Notes: a model not told the origin generated them from the letters alone. Positions 9,008-18,595 are shown, counted from the first letter of the stretch. The stretch: 64,000 bases of DNA from a virus (IMGVR_UViG_3300043256_000274:12411-76410), one strand, 5' to 3'. A program made the numbers and translations.

Positions 9008-9058
9008 TCTTTTCTGAGATTTTGGTAGTAGGGAGGGAGACAGCTCCCTCCCCATTTC

Positions 9059-9478
9059 CTACGCCTTGTCGGCGCGTGACATCTCTGCGCAGCCGACCAT
9101 CACCACTCGCACGTCAGCGCCGGCCTGCATGAACAGCCGCGAGTCGTCGTTTTCAGACTGCAGGTTCCGAAACCCGAGGATGCCCAGGATCGGCCGTACC
9201 GCGAACACATCGGGCGCGTCGATGAACTCACCCAGAACGCGGTGCTTGGTGACGCCGCCGTCGTTCGAGAAGAAAACGACCAAGCTACGGTCTCCACCCG
9301 GCAATCCCGGATCTGGGCGAGACGAAGAGATCAATACCTGCTCGATGATGACTCTGTTATCGATGTCGGTTTTGATCGGAGTCGAGTAGTCTATCCACGA
9401 GAACTCAACCTCGACAGGATTGATCTCGTCTTTCGGAACTTCTGCGCGGAATGAAAGAATGACTTTCTGAAAGCTCAT
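9059..9478 (-). CDS. Hypothetical protein
   Basis: 139 aa, AAAGGA RBS. Confidence 0.6.
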   Translation of the reverse strand: MSFQKVILSFRAEVPKDEINPVEVEFSWIDYSTPIKTDIDNRVIIEQVLISSSRPDPGLPGGDRSLVVFFSNDGGVTKHRVLGEFIDAPDVFAVRPILGILGFRNLQSENDDSRLFMQAGADVRVVMVGCAEMSRADKA

Positions 9479-9535
9479 TGGTTTCCTTTTTCTGAGGTAT
9501 TAGAGATTCGGCCCTTTTGCCGAACCCCGTGCGAA

Positions 9536-9922
9536 TTATACCGGCCTCCGTCGCCGGCGTGACACCCAAACCGGGCCGAAGTAGAACGAATTGGCCTTCC
9601 AGCGCTTGTCGCGCTCATAGCCAAACAGCCACCGCCGCGGGTTCCACCCGCACGACCAGACTATCCGACTGAGCCCCTCAGTCGGATCACCGATGATGAC
9701 GCGCTGACTGCCCTCGATGCGAGCACAGCACCGCTTGTACTTTTGGCTGCTACCACAGGAGCACAGGCCATTCTGCCCACCGCTGCCTTTCTTCGTGCCC
9801 TTGTAGTGAGCACGTCCGCACCACGGCACACCAAGCGGGGTGGTCGTCCTTGCCACATGGCAGCACGCCAGGCCGGAGAAGGTCGGAAACTGACAAAGAG
9901 AGCCCATGTCACCCATACTCAT
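9536..9922 (-). CDS. SEC-C zinc-binding motif protein
   Basis: CSCGSSQKYKRCC. Confidence 0.65.
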   Translation of the reverse strand: MSMGDMGSLCQFPTFSGLACCHVARTTTPLGVPWCGRAHYKGTKKGSGGQNGLCSCGSSQKYKRCCARIEGSQRVIIGDPTEGLSRIVWSCGWNPRRWLFGYERDKRWKANSFYFGPVWVSRRRRRPV

Positions 9923-10257
9923 TCGGCTCCTCCCTTCGCGATGTGTGCGAGCTCCGTCGCCCACTTCGCGACGTAGGCCCACTGATCCGGCTTGACGTAG
10001 GCACAATCGCGTTCCGCTTGCTCCAGGATGCGAGCGATGGAGCCGGTGAGTTCCCAGCACCGACTCGAATCATGGAGGTTCCTGGGCGTGGCGCCCAGAG
10101 GTACATGCTCGGCTGTCTCGCCGCGGTCTCGAGGCGTGCCCATGAGGTTCTCGAACCGCGCCGCAAGCGTATCGCGACGGTCGGCCCATTCCAACACCGC
10201 TTCGGGTGTGTCGTTCTCCCGGAGTTGCTCCAGGGCTTCTCTGAGTGAACCGCTCAC
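9919..10257 (-). CDS. Hypothetical protein
   Basis: Coupled ORF. Confidence 0.55.
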   Translation of the reverse strand: MSGSLREALEQLRENDTPEAVLEWADRRDTLAARFENLMGTPRDRGETAEHVPLGATPRNLHDSSRCWELTGSIARILEQAERDCAYVKPDQWAYVAKWATELAHIAKGGAE

Positions 10258-10598
10258 GGTAGCTCCACGCCAAGGTACTTCGAGACAATCCGACGCATGT
10301 CGGCCAGGTGATCCTTGAGGCCGGCGACCTCGCCTTCATGGCCCCACTTCGACGGACGCGCGCCCTCGATCCACATTCGGCTCATGAGCTCTTCGGTCTG
10401 ATCGGGCTTGAGGAGCACGGTAGGTGAGCGGTACTCGCCCTGCGATGTTTCCGTCCAGCCCGTGTGCTCATTGAGGAATTGCTGTCGGTGAGTGCTGGGC
10501 GACCAACGGCTGATCCAGATGCCGTACCCGTTTGAGTCGTGCAGGTAGCCAGCCGAGACTCGGATCTCCCAGTCGTGCGGGTCAAGTTTGTCGATCAT
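10254..10598 (-). CDS. Hypothetical protein
   Basis: Start MIDKLD; HLADMRRIV C-terminus. Confidence 0.55.
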   Translation of the reverse strand: MIDKLDPHDWEIRVSAGYLHDSNGYGIWISRWSPSTHRQQFLNEHTGWTETSQGEYRSPTVLLKPDQTEELMSRMWIEGARPSKWGHEGEVAGLKDHLADMRRIVSKYLGVELP

Positions 10599-10731
10599 TT
10601 CCCAGTCCTCTTTCGGCCCATCTCCCAGGCTATTCGGCCCTTGAGCCAGCGCCGTAGCTTCTCGCTCGTACAGATGGTGAGCGCGAAGTGGGAGGTTATC
10701 TTGCCCTTGCGGACGTTGCGTTGAATGCCCA

Positions 10732-11430
10732 TTAGCAATCACATTCCTTTTCGTCGTTGCGCCAGTTTTCAAGGTAGTCGGCGCAGTAGTCGTCGAGCCA
10801 GACCAGTGACTCCTGCAGCGGGCCGATCTGTTTCTTCTCCAGGTTCGACCCTCGGAACTCATCATCCTCGGAGAAGCGCCCACCCACGGTGTTGTAGGTG
10901 CTGAGTTTACAGATGCGCTCTAAGAGCCAATGCAATCGTCTTTCGGCTTTGCACTTCTCGGCCTCAGCTTCCTTCACCATGGAGTCTTTCATGGTGTAGC
11001 GACTGATCGAGCGTAATTCCTCACGTTTCGGTTCCGCTTTGTCGAGGTTGGCGTTGGCAATTGCCACACGCCGGTCGGCGTGGGCAGTCGCATCCTCTTC
11101 GGTGTAGAAGAGCGTCTCTTCGCAGTACACGGAGCCTGACCCCACGCCAGTCTCGGTACACATATAGGCGACCTGCTCACTGGGCTTCCTCGCCGTGTCG
11201 GTTTGCACGGAACCGATAGTGAGCTCGCGAACGTAGGCTTGGTAGTTACGCAGGCCGAGAGTCTTTCGGCCGCGACATCGAGGACATTCGACGTCGCCTT
11301 CTTCGCCACCGGGCGACTGCCAGGACCAGACGCCGGTACCCAGGCAGTCGGGACATGGCATCTTCTCGGTGCCGTCTATGTTCGAGCGGCCAAGCCACAC
11401 TTTCTGTCCGATGTAGTAGATGGGGTTCAA
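10732..11430 (-). CDS. Protein with a DnaJ-type zinc finger
   Basis: CPDCLGTG and CPRCRGR; TTG start overlaps the ligase stop. Confidence 0.6.
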   Translation of the reverse strand: MNPIYYIGQKVWLGRSNIDGTEKMPCPDCLGTGVWSWQSPGGEEGDVECPRCRGRKTLGLRNYQAYVRELTIGSVQTDTARKPSEQVAYMCTETGVGSGSVYCEETLFYTEEDATAHADRRVAIANANLDKAEPKREELRSISRYTMKDSMVKEAEAEKCKAERRLHWLLERICKLSTYNTVGGRFSEDDEFRGSNLEKKQIGPLQESLVWLDDYCADYLENWRNDEKECDC

Positions 11431-12383
11431 AAGAGATCCTCCGCGAGTGCTTTCGTTGCCAGGACCACGCGGCCCTGTAGTCGTTTGAAGTCGATGGTAG
11501 CATTCTTGTGCTTCTTGAGGATGGCCCACATCTCCTCGTCGATGAGGTCGTGGAAGACGCGGCCGAGGAGTTGAGGAATGACCTTGTTGCGGTGTTCGGC
11601 TTCGATCTGCTGCTGCCAGTTGTTCTCCAGGCCGTCGATTCCATTGAAGACCTCGTTCGCGATATCAAGCACGACTTTCGCCCGCGTCTTCCCGACGAGC
11701 TCGGCCGTCACGAACTCCTCGGCGATGGCGACCTCGACTTGGAACTCGCCGTGCTTCTGCGCGTGCCCAAACGCACGCGCAGCCTCTTCCTTGAAGACGT
11801 TGCGAACGACCTTGGCCCATGGCGAACCAGCGGTTCGCCATGTGTAATTCTTCAGCACGACGCCCTCACCGAGGCCTGCGCCCTCCGCGATCAGGTAGGT
11901 GTTGGTCTCCACTTGCGCCTTCAACTGCTCCTCAGAGGGATCTTGGATGGTGCAGAGGGGCTCGATGATGTCCAGTCCCTCTAGGACTTGAGAGTAGTGA
12001 TCGTACGGGACGTAGGTCCCCTCGACTCGATCGTAGACGTCGAAGATCCAGAACTTCCGCCAGACCTCCTCGCGATAGGTCTTGAGCGTGTGCGGCACCA
12101 TCCACTTGCCGTAGATGATCCAGTTAGGGTTGGCCGCGCACTCATCCCGCAGGGCTGTCGCCACCAGATCGTCGCTCATGACCCACGCAGCGAAGCCGGC
12201 GTTATCGTCGTCGGGTGTAATCTGGCGCCTACGCGATGCGCAGCGCATCGCGTCGCCGTCCCACCAAACTGAGGAGTTCGTCCCGTCCAGCTTAGGAAAT
12301 ACATGGACGAGCCCCATGTCGATGCCCTGGACGTTGCGATGCCCGAGGCGCTCCAGGTGGTCGTACTTCCGGAACTTAGTCAT
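11427..12383 (-). CDS. ATP-dependent RNA ligase (Rnl2-like)
   Basis: KLDGTN (motif I), SRRR, FWIFDV, EGVVLK, WAKVV. Confidence 0.8.
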   Translation of the reverse strand: MTKFRKYDHLERLGHRNVQGIDMGLVHVFPKLDGTNSSVWWDGDAMRCASRRRQITPDDDNAGFAAWVMSDDLVATALRDECAANPNWIIYGKWMVPHTLKTYREEVWRKFWIFDVYDRVEGTYVPYDHYSQVLEGLDIIEPLCTIQDPSEEQLKAQVETNTYLIAEGAGLGEGVVLKNYTWRTAGSPWAKVVRNVFKEEAARAFGHAQKHGEFQVEVAIAEEFVTAELVGKTRAKVVLDIANEVFNGIDGLENNWQQQIEAEHRNKVIPQLLGRVFHDLIDEEMWAILKKHKNATIDFKRLQGRVVLATKALAEDLF

Positions 12384-12861
12384 TTCGGCTCTTTCGTCCA
12401 AGGATGTAGTCGGGGCGACGCTGGGCGTTGGGGGGACAGACGGCGAGGATGCGCCAGCCGTTCGATAGCTCATCCTGCAGCGTATCAGTGCAGGCGTCTT
12501 GCAGGTAGGTGACTTCGTCGATCAGCAGCAATCCAAGGTCCGGAATCGAAATCTGCACAGCGCAGTCCGCCGCCACTGCCTGCTCTGTGCTCTTATACTC
12601 GCTGAACTTATTGGACAACTGATCCTGCAGCCTGACGATCATCGTGCCCGTCTCACTGACCAGTGTGTCCTTGTCAATGGTGAATTCAATCTCCAACTTA
12701 TGGAGAGCCTGAATCTCTTCGATGCCACCCCAGAAAAGGCTGGCGTACTTCGGCTTGTCACCCTCGGGGAGTTGCGGAATGACCTCGCGCAGAGTGTCGT
12801 ACTTCTCCTGCGGGAGTTCCTCCCACTTCCCCCAGGAGTGAATGCTGATAGGTAGGTGCAT
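12376..12861 (-). CDS. Hypothetical protein
   Basis: LQDELSNGWRILAVC...QRRPDYILGR C-terminus. Confidence 0.6.
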   Translation of the reverse strand: MHLPISIHSWGKWEELPQEKYDTLREVIPQLPEGDKPKYASLFWGGIEEIQALHKLEIEFTIDKDTLVSETGTMIVRLQDQLSNKFSEYKSTEQAVAADCAVQISIPDLGLLLIDEVTYLQDACTDTLQDELSNGWRILAVCPPNAQRRPDYILGRKSRND

Positions 12862-13316
12862 TACTGAGTCAGGACTTTCAGTAGTTCGATCTTGGCTCGG
12901 GTGTGTTTCTTCCAAGTCTCACCACCGGACTGCATGGTGAGCAAGTTGTGTCGGATGTCGGCCAGCTTTACCCGCTGGGCTATGGTCGACGTTGCGATGA
13001 TTCGTGCGACGTACTCGGGGTACTCCTCGCCGGCATCCTTGCGCCGAGTCATCGCGACGAGGGCGACAGCTTCTTCCTCCATGAGAGTCATGCGTGCCTC
13101 ATGAAGGTAGAGCGAAGTTCCATGTAGCTCGGCTTCTGTGTCTTCCAGGACGTCGTGCAGCACTCCGACGATCTGTGTTGGCTCTCCGTACTCCTGTAGG
13201 GCAGCAGCCACAGCGAGCGGGTGTGTGATGTAAGGCTCGCCCTTCCATCGGAATTGATGCTCATGGGCAATAGCCGCGAATGCGATGGCCGAAGCAAGTC
13301 GTTGCTGGTTCTTCAT
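12861..13316 (-). CDS. HD-domain (p)ppGpp hydrolase-like protein (Mesh1/SAH type)
   Basis: AHEHQFR..GEPYITHP, LHDVLEDT, VKLADIRHN. Confidence 0.85.
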   Translation of the reverse strand: MKNQQRLASAIAFAAIAHEHQFRWKGEPYITHPLAVAAALQEYGEPTQIVGVLHDVLEDTEAELHGTSLYLHEARMTLMEEEAVALVAMTRRKDAGEEYPEYVARIIATSTIAQRVKLADIRHNLLTMQSGGETWKKHTRAKIELLKVLTQ

Positions 13317-14515
13317 CCCTTCACGCACACGATCTGCCTCAATTCAGTGACGATCTCGACCAGGTCTTCCTGGTTCTTCATCACCGTGTCGATGTCCTTG
13401 TACGCGGCCGGGATCTCATCGACCACGCCCGCGTCCTTGCGGCAGTCAACGCCGACGGTCTGCGCAGCCAGATCGTCGGCGGTAAACCGATGCTTCGCTT
13501 CCGTCCTACTCATTCGGCGGCCGGCCCCGTGGGAACAAGACTCGAACGAGTCCTTGTTCCCACGTCCCCTCACGATGAATGACCGGGTGCCCATGCTACC
13601 CGGGATGATCCCGAGCTCACCTTCGCGAGCCGAGATGGCACCTTTGCGCGTGAGAATCACATTCGCTCCGAAGTGGTTCTCACGCGAAACGTAATTGTGG
13701 TGGCAGTTGGTCCCTCCCGCGACGACCTTCATCTGGGGGAAATAGTGCTCGACTTCGGCGAGCACTATCTTCATCATCGCCTCGCGGTTCGCCAGCGCGT
13801 AGGACTGGGCCCAGGAAACAGCTTCGATGTAATCATCGAAGTCGCTCTCGCCTTCTGCAAAGAACGCGAGATCCTTGTCAGGCAGCGTGATGAAGTAGCG
13901 CTCCATGAGCTCCTTCGCCCGAGAGATGAAGTAGTCGGCGATGACCTTGCCAATGTTGCGCGATCCGCTGTGCAGCATGATCCACACCGACCCTTCGAGG
14001 TCGAGACAGATTTCGATGAAGTGATTCCCGCCCCCCAAGGTGCCAAGCTGCGAGTTCAGGTGTGCCGGCGACTTCCAGCGGATCTTCGGATGCTTCTGGA
14101 TGATCGGCTCCCAGGTGCGGTGGAGCGCGGCGAGATCGGCGAGCGGCTCGCCTCTCTTGCCGCGAGGCATATCCTCATGGCTGTTGAAGCCTACGGGGAC
14201 GCTGCGCTCGATAGCGCAGCGTACCCGTCCCATGTTGTCAGGGAGATCCATTGTGTTCAGGTTCGTCTTCACGGCCATCATCCCACAGCCGATGTCGACG
14301 CCAACCGCGGCGGGAATCACCGCACGCTTCGCGGCGATTACGCTCCCAACCGTCGCACCCATCCCCCAATGCACGTCGGGCATCGCCGCGATGTGCTTGT
14401 GAATGAACGGCATGGCAGCGAGGTTTCGGAGCTGCTGCAGCGCCGAATCCTCGATGTCCTCAGTCCAAATCTTGATGGCCGTACCATCGGTCGGCGGTAG
14501 AACAAGTGCAGGCAT
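13313..14515 (-). CDS. rtcB: RNA-splicing ligase RtcB
   Basis: MPDVHWG, VGVDIGCGM, GTLGGGNHF, HSGSR, HHNY, SHGAGR, DEIPAAYK. Confidence 0.95.
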   Translation of the reverse strand: MPALVLPPTDGTAIKIWTEDIEDSALQQLRNLAAMPFIHKHIAAMPDVHWGMGATVGSVIAAKRAVIPAAVGVDIGCGMMAVKTNLNTMDLPDNMGRVRCAIERSVPVGFNSHEDMPRGKRGEPLADLAALHRTWEPIIQKHPKIRWKSPAHLNSQLGTLGGGNHFIEICLDLEGSVWIMLHSGSRNIGKVIADYFISRAKELMERYFITLPDKDLAFFAEGESDFDDYIEAVSWAQSYALANREAMMKIVLAEVEHYFPQMKVVAGGTNCHHNYVSRENHFGANVILTRKGAISAREGELGIIPGSMGTRSFIVRGRGNKDSFESCSHGAGRRMSRTEAKHRFTADDLAAQTVGVDCRKDAGVVDEIPAAYKDIDTVMKNQEDLVEIVTELRQIVCVKG

Positions 14516-14892
14516 CAGGCTTTCTTTCCGTGCTTGAAGGGTCGGGTCTTGTTGTATTCGTGCTTGACCAGCGCCGCGGTACCGAGGTCAATGCCTCGAG
14601 CCCCGCAGTAGTCGGCCAGGCGCAGGAAGATGTCGGCGCACTCTTCCTCTTCGCAGGTCAAGTCGGGGCACTTTGCGGAGGGCTCATCCGGCCCTCTTCG
14701 AACACACTCGATGACCTCGGCGACCTCGCAGGTAATCAGACCCAGCTTGGCGACCAGGCCCATCGGGGTGTAGCACTCCTCACTCCAGAAACCATTCTTG
14801 ACCACGAGCTCATGGGCGTTGCTCACGACTCGCGCGATGGCGTCGATGAATTGCTTGCCCGATGCCTGTGGTTGTCCGGCTGGTCTTCTCAT
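14515..14892 (-). CDS. MazG-like nucleotide pyrophosphohydrolase
   Basis: EVAEVIE...EECADIFLRLAD...KHEYNKTRPFKHGKK. Confidence 0.8.
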   Translation of the reverse strand: MRRPAGQPQASGKQFIDAIARVVSNAHELVVKNGFWSEECYTPMGLVAKLGLITCEVAEVIECVRRGPDEPSAKCPDLTCEEEECADIFLRLADYCGARGIDLGTAALVKHEYNKTRPFKHGKKA

Positions 14893-16121
14893 GATACTTC
14901 GAGGGTGAAGGTTGCGTCGCACTGAGGATGCGCACATGGGATTCCGGAGAGGCCTTCAAGCGGCCATCCACTGACGGGCATGTCGACCGGGAAGAGCGTA
15001 TTGCACTTCATACACTGAATCTGAACGTACGATTCGGCTGGCTGCGGGAAGCTGCGACCGACGCGCATGTTCTTGGCCTTGCCGGTGCTCAGGTCGATGT
15101 CGCCGGTGATTGCCTCGCGGATCTTCCGGCCTTGCTCGCTATGTATGGGATGGTTCTGGAGATTCGGCTCCGCGCAACTGATTCGGCCGGTCACGGTCTG
15201 CCACTGCCTGCGAGCTTCGCCAGTGTCGACTGGCACTGTGTCGAGGAAGTCGCGCAGACTTTGGTCCTGTTCGATTGCTTCCTGTACGGCCTCGTCCATA
15301 TTGGAGCTGCCAATCGACACGTCCTTGTACTTGTCGTACTGACACTTCGGGTCGTCGAACTTGTTCTTGCACGTCTCAATCGTATGGTCGTCTGTGTTCG
15401 GGTCGGGCGGGCCGTGGTCGAAGCCAGGTAGCGACCTGTCGCGCTTCTCGCGGGTCTTGTGGCAGGTCCCGCAGGTTTCACTACCCAGAGGAGCGTAGCC
15501 GCTGATCGTGCCGGGGATGTTCTCCCAATCGTGCGAGTTCCCCCGCGCCTTCGCTCGGCACCGGAGTTCGTCGACCACACTCTGGACGTGGGCCGTCGAC
15601 CATTTGCCATCCACTCCCGATGGAAACCACACGTCGCGGCCGGTCTCTTCCTTGACGATGTCCATGGCCTCTTGGGCGGACCAGTTTCCCCTAATCGACC
15701 TGTTGACGGCATCCCTGCGAAGCCTGATCTCTTCCAGGATGGGATTAGTCGAGGCCGGCATCATCTTCTCGGCTGCACGCTCGATGTCGCCCAGGGGACG
15801 AGCATTCGGCTTGTTCCACGGGTGGTCGTGGCTTAGATCACCCGTAAAGATGTCCAGCCTCGGAGCCGGGTGCAGGTAACCGCTCGGGTCGACGTCCGTC
15901 TCGTCGATCGTGCCTGCCTCGGCAGTCCGCACGAACTCGTCGCCATAGCTCGAGGCTACGAGCTCACCGACCTCGACGCGGTAGCACTTGTCCGGATCGG
16001 CACCAGACGTGGCGAGCTCGCGCATCATGTCTTCCATGGCGCCACGATCCGATTCGGCTGTCACCACCCCACCTTTGAGGAAGCGACCTTCTTCGTACAC
16101 TTTCCAGCGTATGTTCTTCAT
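14889..16121 (-). CDS. Hypothetical mosaic protein containing a PolA-like peptide
   Basis: Long coupled ORF; contains TGRISCAEPNLQN and several CxxC pairs. Confidence 0.6.
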   Translation of the reverse strand: MKNIRWKVYEEGRFLKGGVVTAESDRGAMEDMMRELATSGADPDKCYRVEVGELVASSYGDEFVRTAEAGTIDETDVDPSGYLHPAPRLDIFTGDLSHDHPWNKPNARPLGDIERAAEKMMPASTNPILEEIRLRRDAVNRSIRGNWSAQEAMDIVKEETGRDVWFPSGVDGKWSTAHVQSVVDELRCRAKARGNSHDWENIPGTISGYAPLGSETCGTCHKTREKRDRSLPGFDHGPPDPNTDDHTIETCKNKFDDPKCQYDKYKDVSIGSSNMDEAVQEAIEQDQSLRDFLDTVPVDTGEARRQWQTVTGRISCAEPNLQNHPIHSEQGRKIREAITGDIDLSTGKAKNMRVGRSFPQPAESYVQIQCMKCNTLFPVDMPVSGWPLEGLSGIPCAHPQCDATFTLEVS

Positions 16122-16254
16122 AATCAGTCGGTGTGAATTCGTGCAACGCAGATTCCGAATATGAAATAGAACCGGTAGCTGTGGTGTCCTCCGTTTGCCG
16201 CAGGCACTTTGCGATGGCTCGTGGAAAACGGGAATCGCATGTGGCTCCAAATGA

Positions 16255-16590
16255 TCATTTGATCAGCTCCTTCTCTACGACCCAAAAGGTCGGGCCATCG
16301 TCGTAGGCGGCGCAGTAGAACACCCACGGAGAGTCACCAGCGACCATGGACTCATTCAGCCCAAAGCCTTCTTCGTTGATGTCTTGCACAAGTAGCTCGT
16401 CAGAGGTAGATGTGCCCAGGGAGACGATCTCTTCGACGGTCAGCTTCTTCTTGCCGTCGTCTTCTCGCCACCGATTCACGTCGCGTTCGATTCGGCTGGC
16501 TGCAGTCTGGATCGACTCGTCCTTGTCGGCGAACACGTCGACCTCGGTGCCGTAGTGGCGATCCTTTTGGATCAGGCAGTAGACTTTCAT
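16255..16590 (-). CDS. Hypothetical protein
   Basis: Directly downstream of the repeated promoter motif. Confidence 0.6.
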   Translation of the reverse strand: MKVYCLIQKDRHYGTEVDVFADKDESIQTAASRIERDVNRWREDDGKKKLTVEEIVSLGTSTSDELLVQDINEEGFGLNESMVAGDSPWVFYCAAYDDGPTFWVVEKELIK

Positions 16591-16596
16591 AATGAC

Positions 16597-16627
16597 AGTG
16601 TATCGGACAATGACGGGTCAGGCTTGA
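16597..16627 (-). promoter_or_regulatory. Repeated promoter-like motif TCAAGCCTG-N6-CATTGTCCGATACACT
   Basis: Second copy of the 8977-9007 motif; the ATG begins at 16590. Confidence 0.6.
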
Positions 16628-17388
16628 GAAAATTCGACTCCCATGCCCTCCAAGGTGGGGTGGATGAGTTCGAGCACGCCCTGAGCGTACTCGCGGATCT
16701 CGAATTGTGCATGGGAATCCAAGCGCTGCTCCAGGAAGTGGAGCACCGCTTGGAGCGACACCGTCCAGTAGCACTCGCTGTAGATGCTCGGCGGAAGGAC
16801 TAGCCTGGCTAGTTCTTTCGCCACTCCGTTGTCAAGCATCGCCTGGTAGGCGTTGGTGGCGGCGTATAGCGCGTGCTCCATCCACTGGTGCATTACGCCG
16901 GTCAACTCTCCGTCGTTGGCGCTGGCTTGTTTGTCTACGGCAGTATTACGTCGAGCCACATCAGGCATGTAAAATACCGGTTCCAGTACCTTGTAACGTC
17001 CCGACTGCTCATTCCAACTGCAGCCCTTGTCGGTGTCGGCCATGATGTCACTGGCCTCAACATGGCACCCGTCGTTGATCTCTGTTGCACCGATGACTCC
17101 AAGAGGGGTGCCATCGGTGAGGTTATATTCTCGCCAGTTGGAGTCAACTTGGTGCTTCCACATTTGTCTGAAAACAAACAATGGAGCTCTGATATGAAAG
17201 GTGAAATGCGCGTGCCGGAACGGGGAAGTGTGACCGTTGCCGAGAAGGAAGGCAATCAGCTTCCGGTCTCGCTCTCCAAGCGAGTCGGAATCTGAGCCAT
17301 AGCTGCAGCGAGCAGCGCGGACAACCGAGAGTCCTGGGTGACCGCTCTGATCGACGAGCTCAACGAACCCATGGTCAAGAATCTTCAT
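16618..17388 (-). CDS. thyX: Flavin-dependent thymidylate synthase
   Basis: VVRAARCSY, GHTSPF, PLFVFRQ, NEQSGRY, ARLVLP, HAQFEIR. Confidence 0.9.
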   Translation of the reverse strand: MKILDHGFVELVDQSGHPGLSVVRAARCSYGSDSDSLGERDRKLIAFLLGNGHTSPFRHAHFTFHIRAPLFVFRQMWKHQVDSNWREYNLTDGTPLGVIGATEINDGCHVEASDIMADTDKGCSWNEQSGRYKVLEPVFYMPDVARRNTAVDKQASANDGELTGVMHQWMEHALYAATNAYQAMLDNGVAKELARLVLPPSIYSECYWTVSLQAVLHFLEQRLDSHAQFEIREYAQGVLELIHPTLEGMGVEFSQA

Positions 17389-17716
17389 TCGGCTTCTTGT
17401 CCAGTTGGCCGACGACGTGGCTGAGGTATCTGACAGCCTGGATCCAGTCGTAGGCGTGGAAGTAGCGGGGTCCGTGGGTGATCCACTGCTCGGACTCTTC
17501 GGTGATTGGATTGGCGTCCGCCTGGGTCCAAGTGACACTCAGCACGCGCTTACGCCACCCAATCGTGAAGGTGCCTCCGTCGCAGACGAACAGGAACCAC
17601 GGATCCACCTTGCGTTCCTCCACGTACGATTCCGGCCAGTACCCGTTCGGCAGTTCGTGAACTTCGTTGGGCTCGATACCGGACAGCAGTGCCAGCGCCA
17701 TGATCTTGTCCTTCAT
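17375..17716 (-). CDS. Hypothetical protein
   Basis: LPNGYW, IGWRKRV. Confidence 0.6.
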   Translation of the reverse strand: MKDKIMALALLSGIEPNEVHELPNGYWPESYVEERKVDPWFLFVCDGGTFTIGWRKRVLSVTWTQADANPITEESEQWITHGPRYFHAYDWIQAVRYLSHVVGQLDKKPNEDS

Positions 17717-17718
17717 GG

Positions 17719-17964
17719 CTATTCGACCTCCTGGAGTTCGTTCTCATTCAGCCACTCAACGAGGCATGAGAAAATCACATTCTGCATGCTCTGTTCGGGC
17801 CGTCCGTCCATGCCGATGACCGACCAAAGGTTGATATCCGACTCCATCTGGACGATGAGCCACCTGTAGTGTTCGACGGCATCGGTGACAACCATGCCGC
17901 GCTGCGGGATGGCCTCTTTCAGTTCAGGAGGCGCAGACTTGAGTATCCAGCGTGTTTTGACCAT
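17719..17964 (-). CDS. Hypothetical protein
   Basis: ORF within the operon. Confidence 0.5.
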   Translation of the reverse strand: MVKTRWILKSAPPELKEAIPQRGMVVTDAVEHYRWLIVQMESDINLWSVIGMDGRPEQSMQNVIFSCLVEWLNENELQEVE

Positions 17965-18032
17965 TGTAGGAATTTCCAATTCTGGGAGCGGCAATTTTGG
18001 CGCGGTGGCGGAGTGGGTGGGTGTGGGTCAGC

Positions 18033-18413
18033 CTAGAACGGCGTGTCGTCGGTGTCGTTTTCTTCTCTCGAAGAAGCGACAGCAGATCCATTGCGCTTGC
18101 TACCGACGAACTCCCACGACTCGGCGACGACGCTCATCTTGTAGCGCTTGTCGCCGGTGTTGCGGTCGTTCCATGAGTCCATCTTCAAACGGCCTTCGAG
18201 GAAAGCGAGGCTGCCCTTGGAGTGGTACTTCGCGAACGCTTCCGCTCGCTTGCCCCACATGGCGAAGTCCACGAACGTGACTTCCTCTCTCCAGCCGTCG
18301 CCGTCCTTGACACGACGATTGAGTGCGATGGAGCAGTTGCCGTCGACTCCGAACTCCCTGAGCTCGGGATCCTTGGACAGGTGACCGAGTAGGGTGACTG
18401 TGTTGACGCTCAT
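18033..18413 (-). CDS. ssb: Single-stranded DNA-binding protein
   Basis: VNTVTLLGHLSKDPELR, EGRLKMDSW, acidic DDTPF tail. Confidence 0.9.
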   Translation of the reverse strand: MSVNTVTLLGHLSKDPELREFGVDGNCSIALNRRVKDGDGWREEVTFVDFAMWGKRAEAFAKYHSKGSLAFLEGRLKMDSWNDRNTGDKRYKMSVVAESWEFVGSKRNGSAVASSREENDTDDTPF

Positions 18414-18595
18414 GATCTGTTCCGCTGCCGCGCTTTGCGTGCAGACTTGTTCTTCCGTCGCCGGTCGGCGACGCGCTTATTGTAAGGTACCTTGGATTCG
18501 CTGATGCTGCTGCCAGGTGACTTCGACCAGATGTCCGGACTTTCGGCTCTCAGACCTCTAAGGGCCTCCATGATCTTCGTGAGGGGGTTTATCAT
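18410..18595 (-). CDS. Small basic protein
   Basis: Arg/Lys-rich C-terminus; coupled. Confidence 0.5.
   Translation of the reverse strand: MINPLTKIMEALRGLRAESPDIWSKSPGSSISESKVPYNKRVADRRRKNKSARKARQRNRS

Noticed and set aside
9031-9052. Hairpin GGGAGGGAG/CTCCCTCCC as a terminator
   Set aside because: The stem is real, but no U-tract follows on the coding strand.
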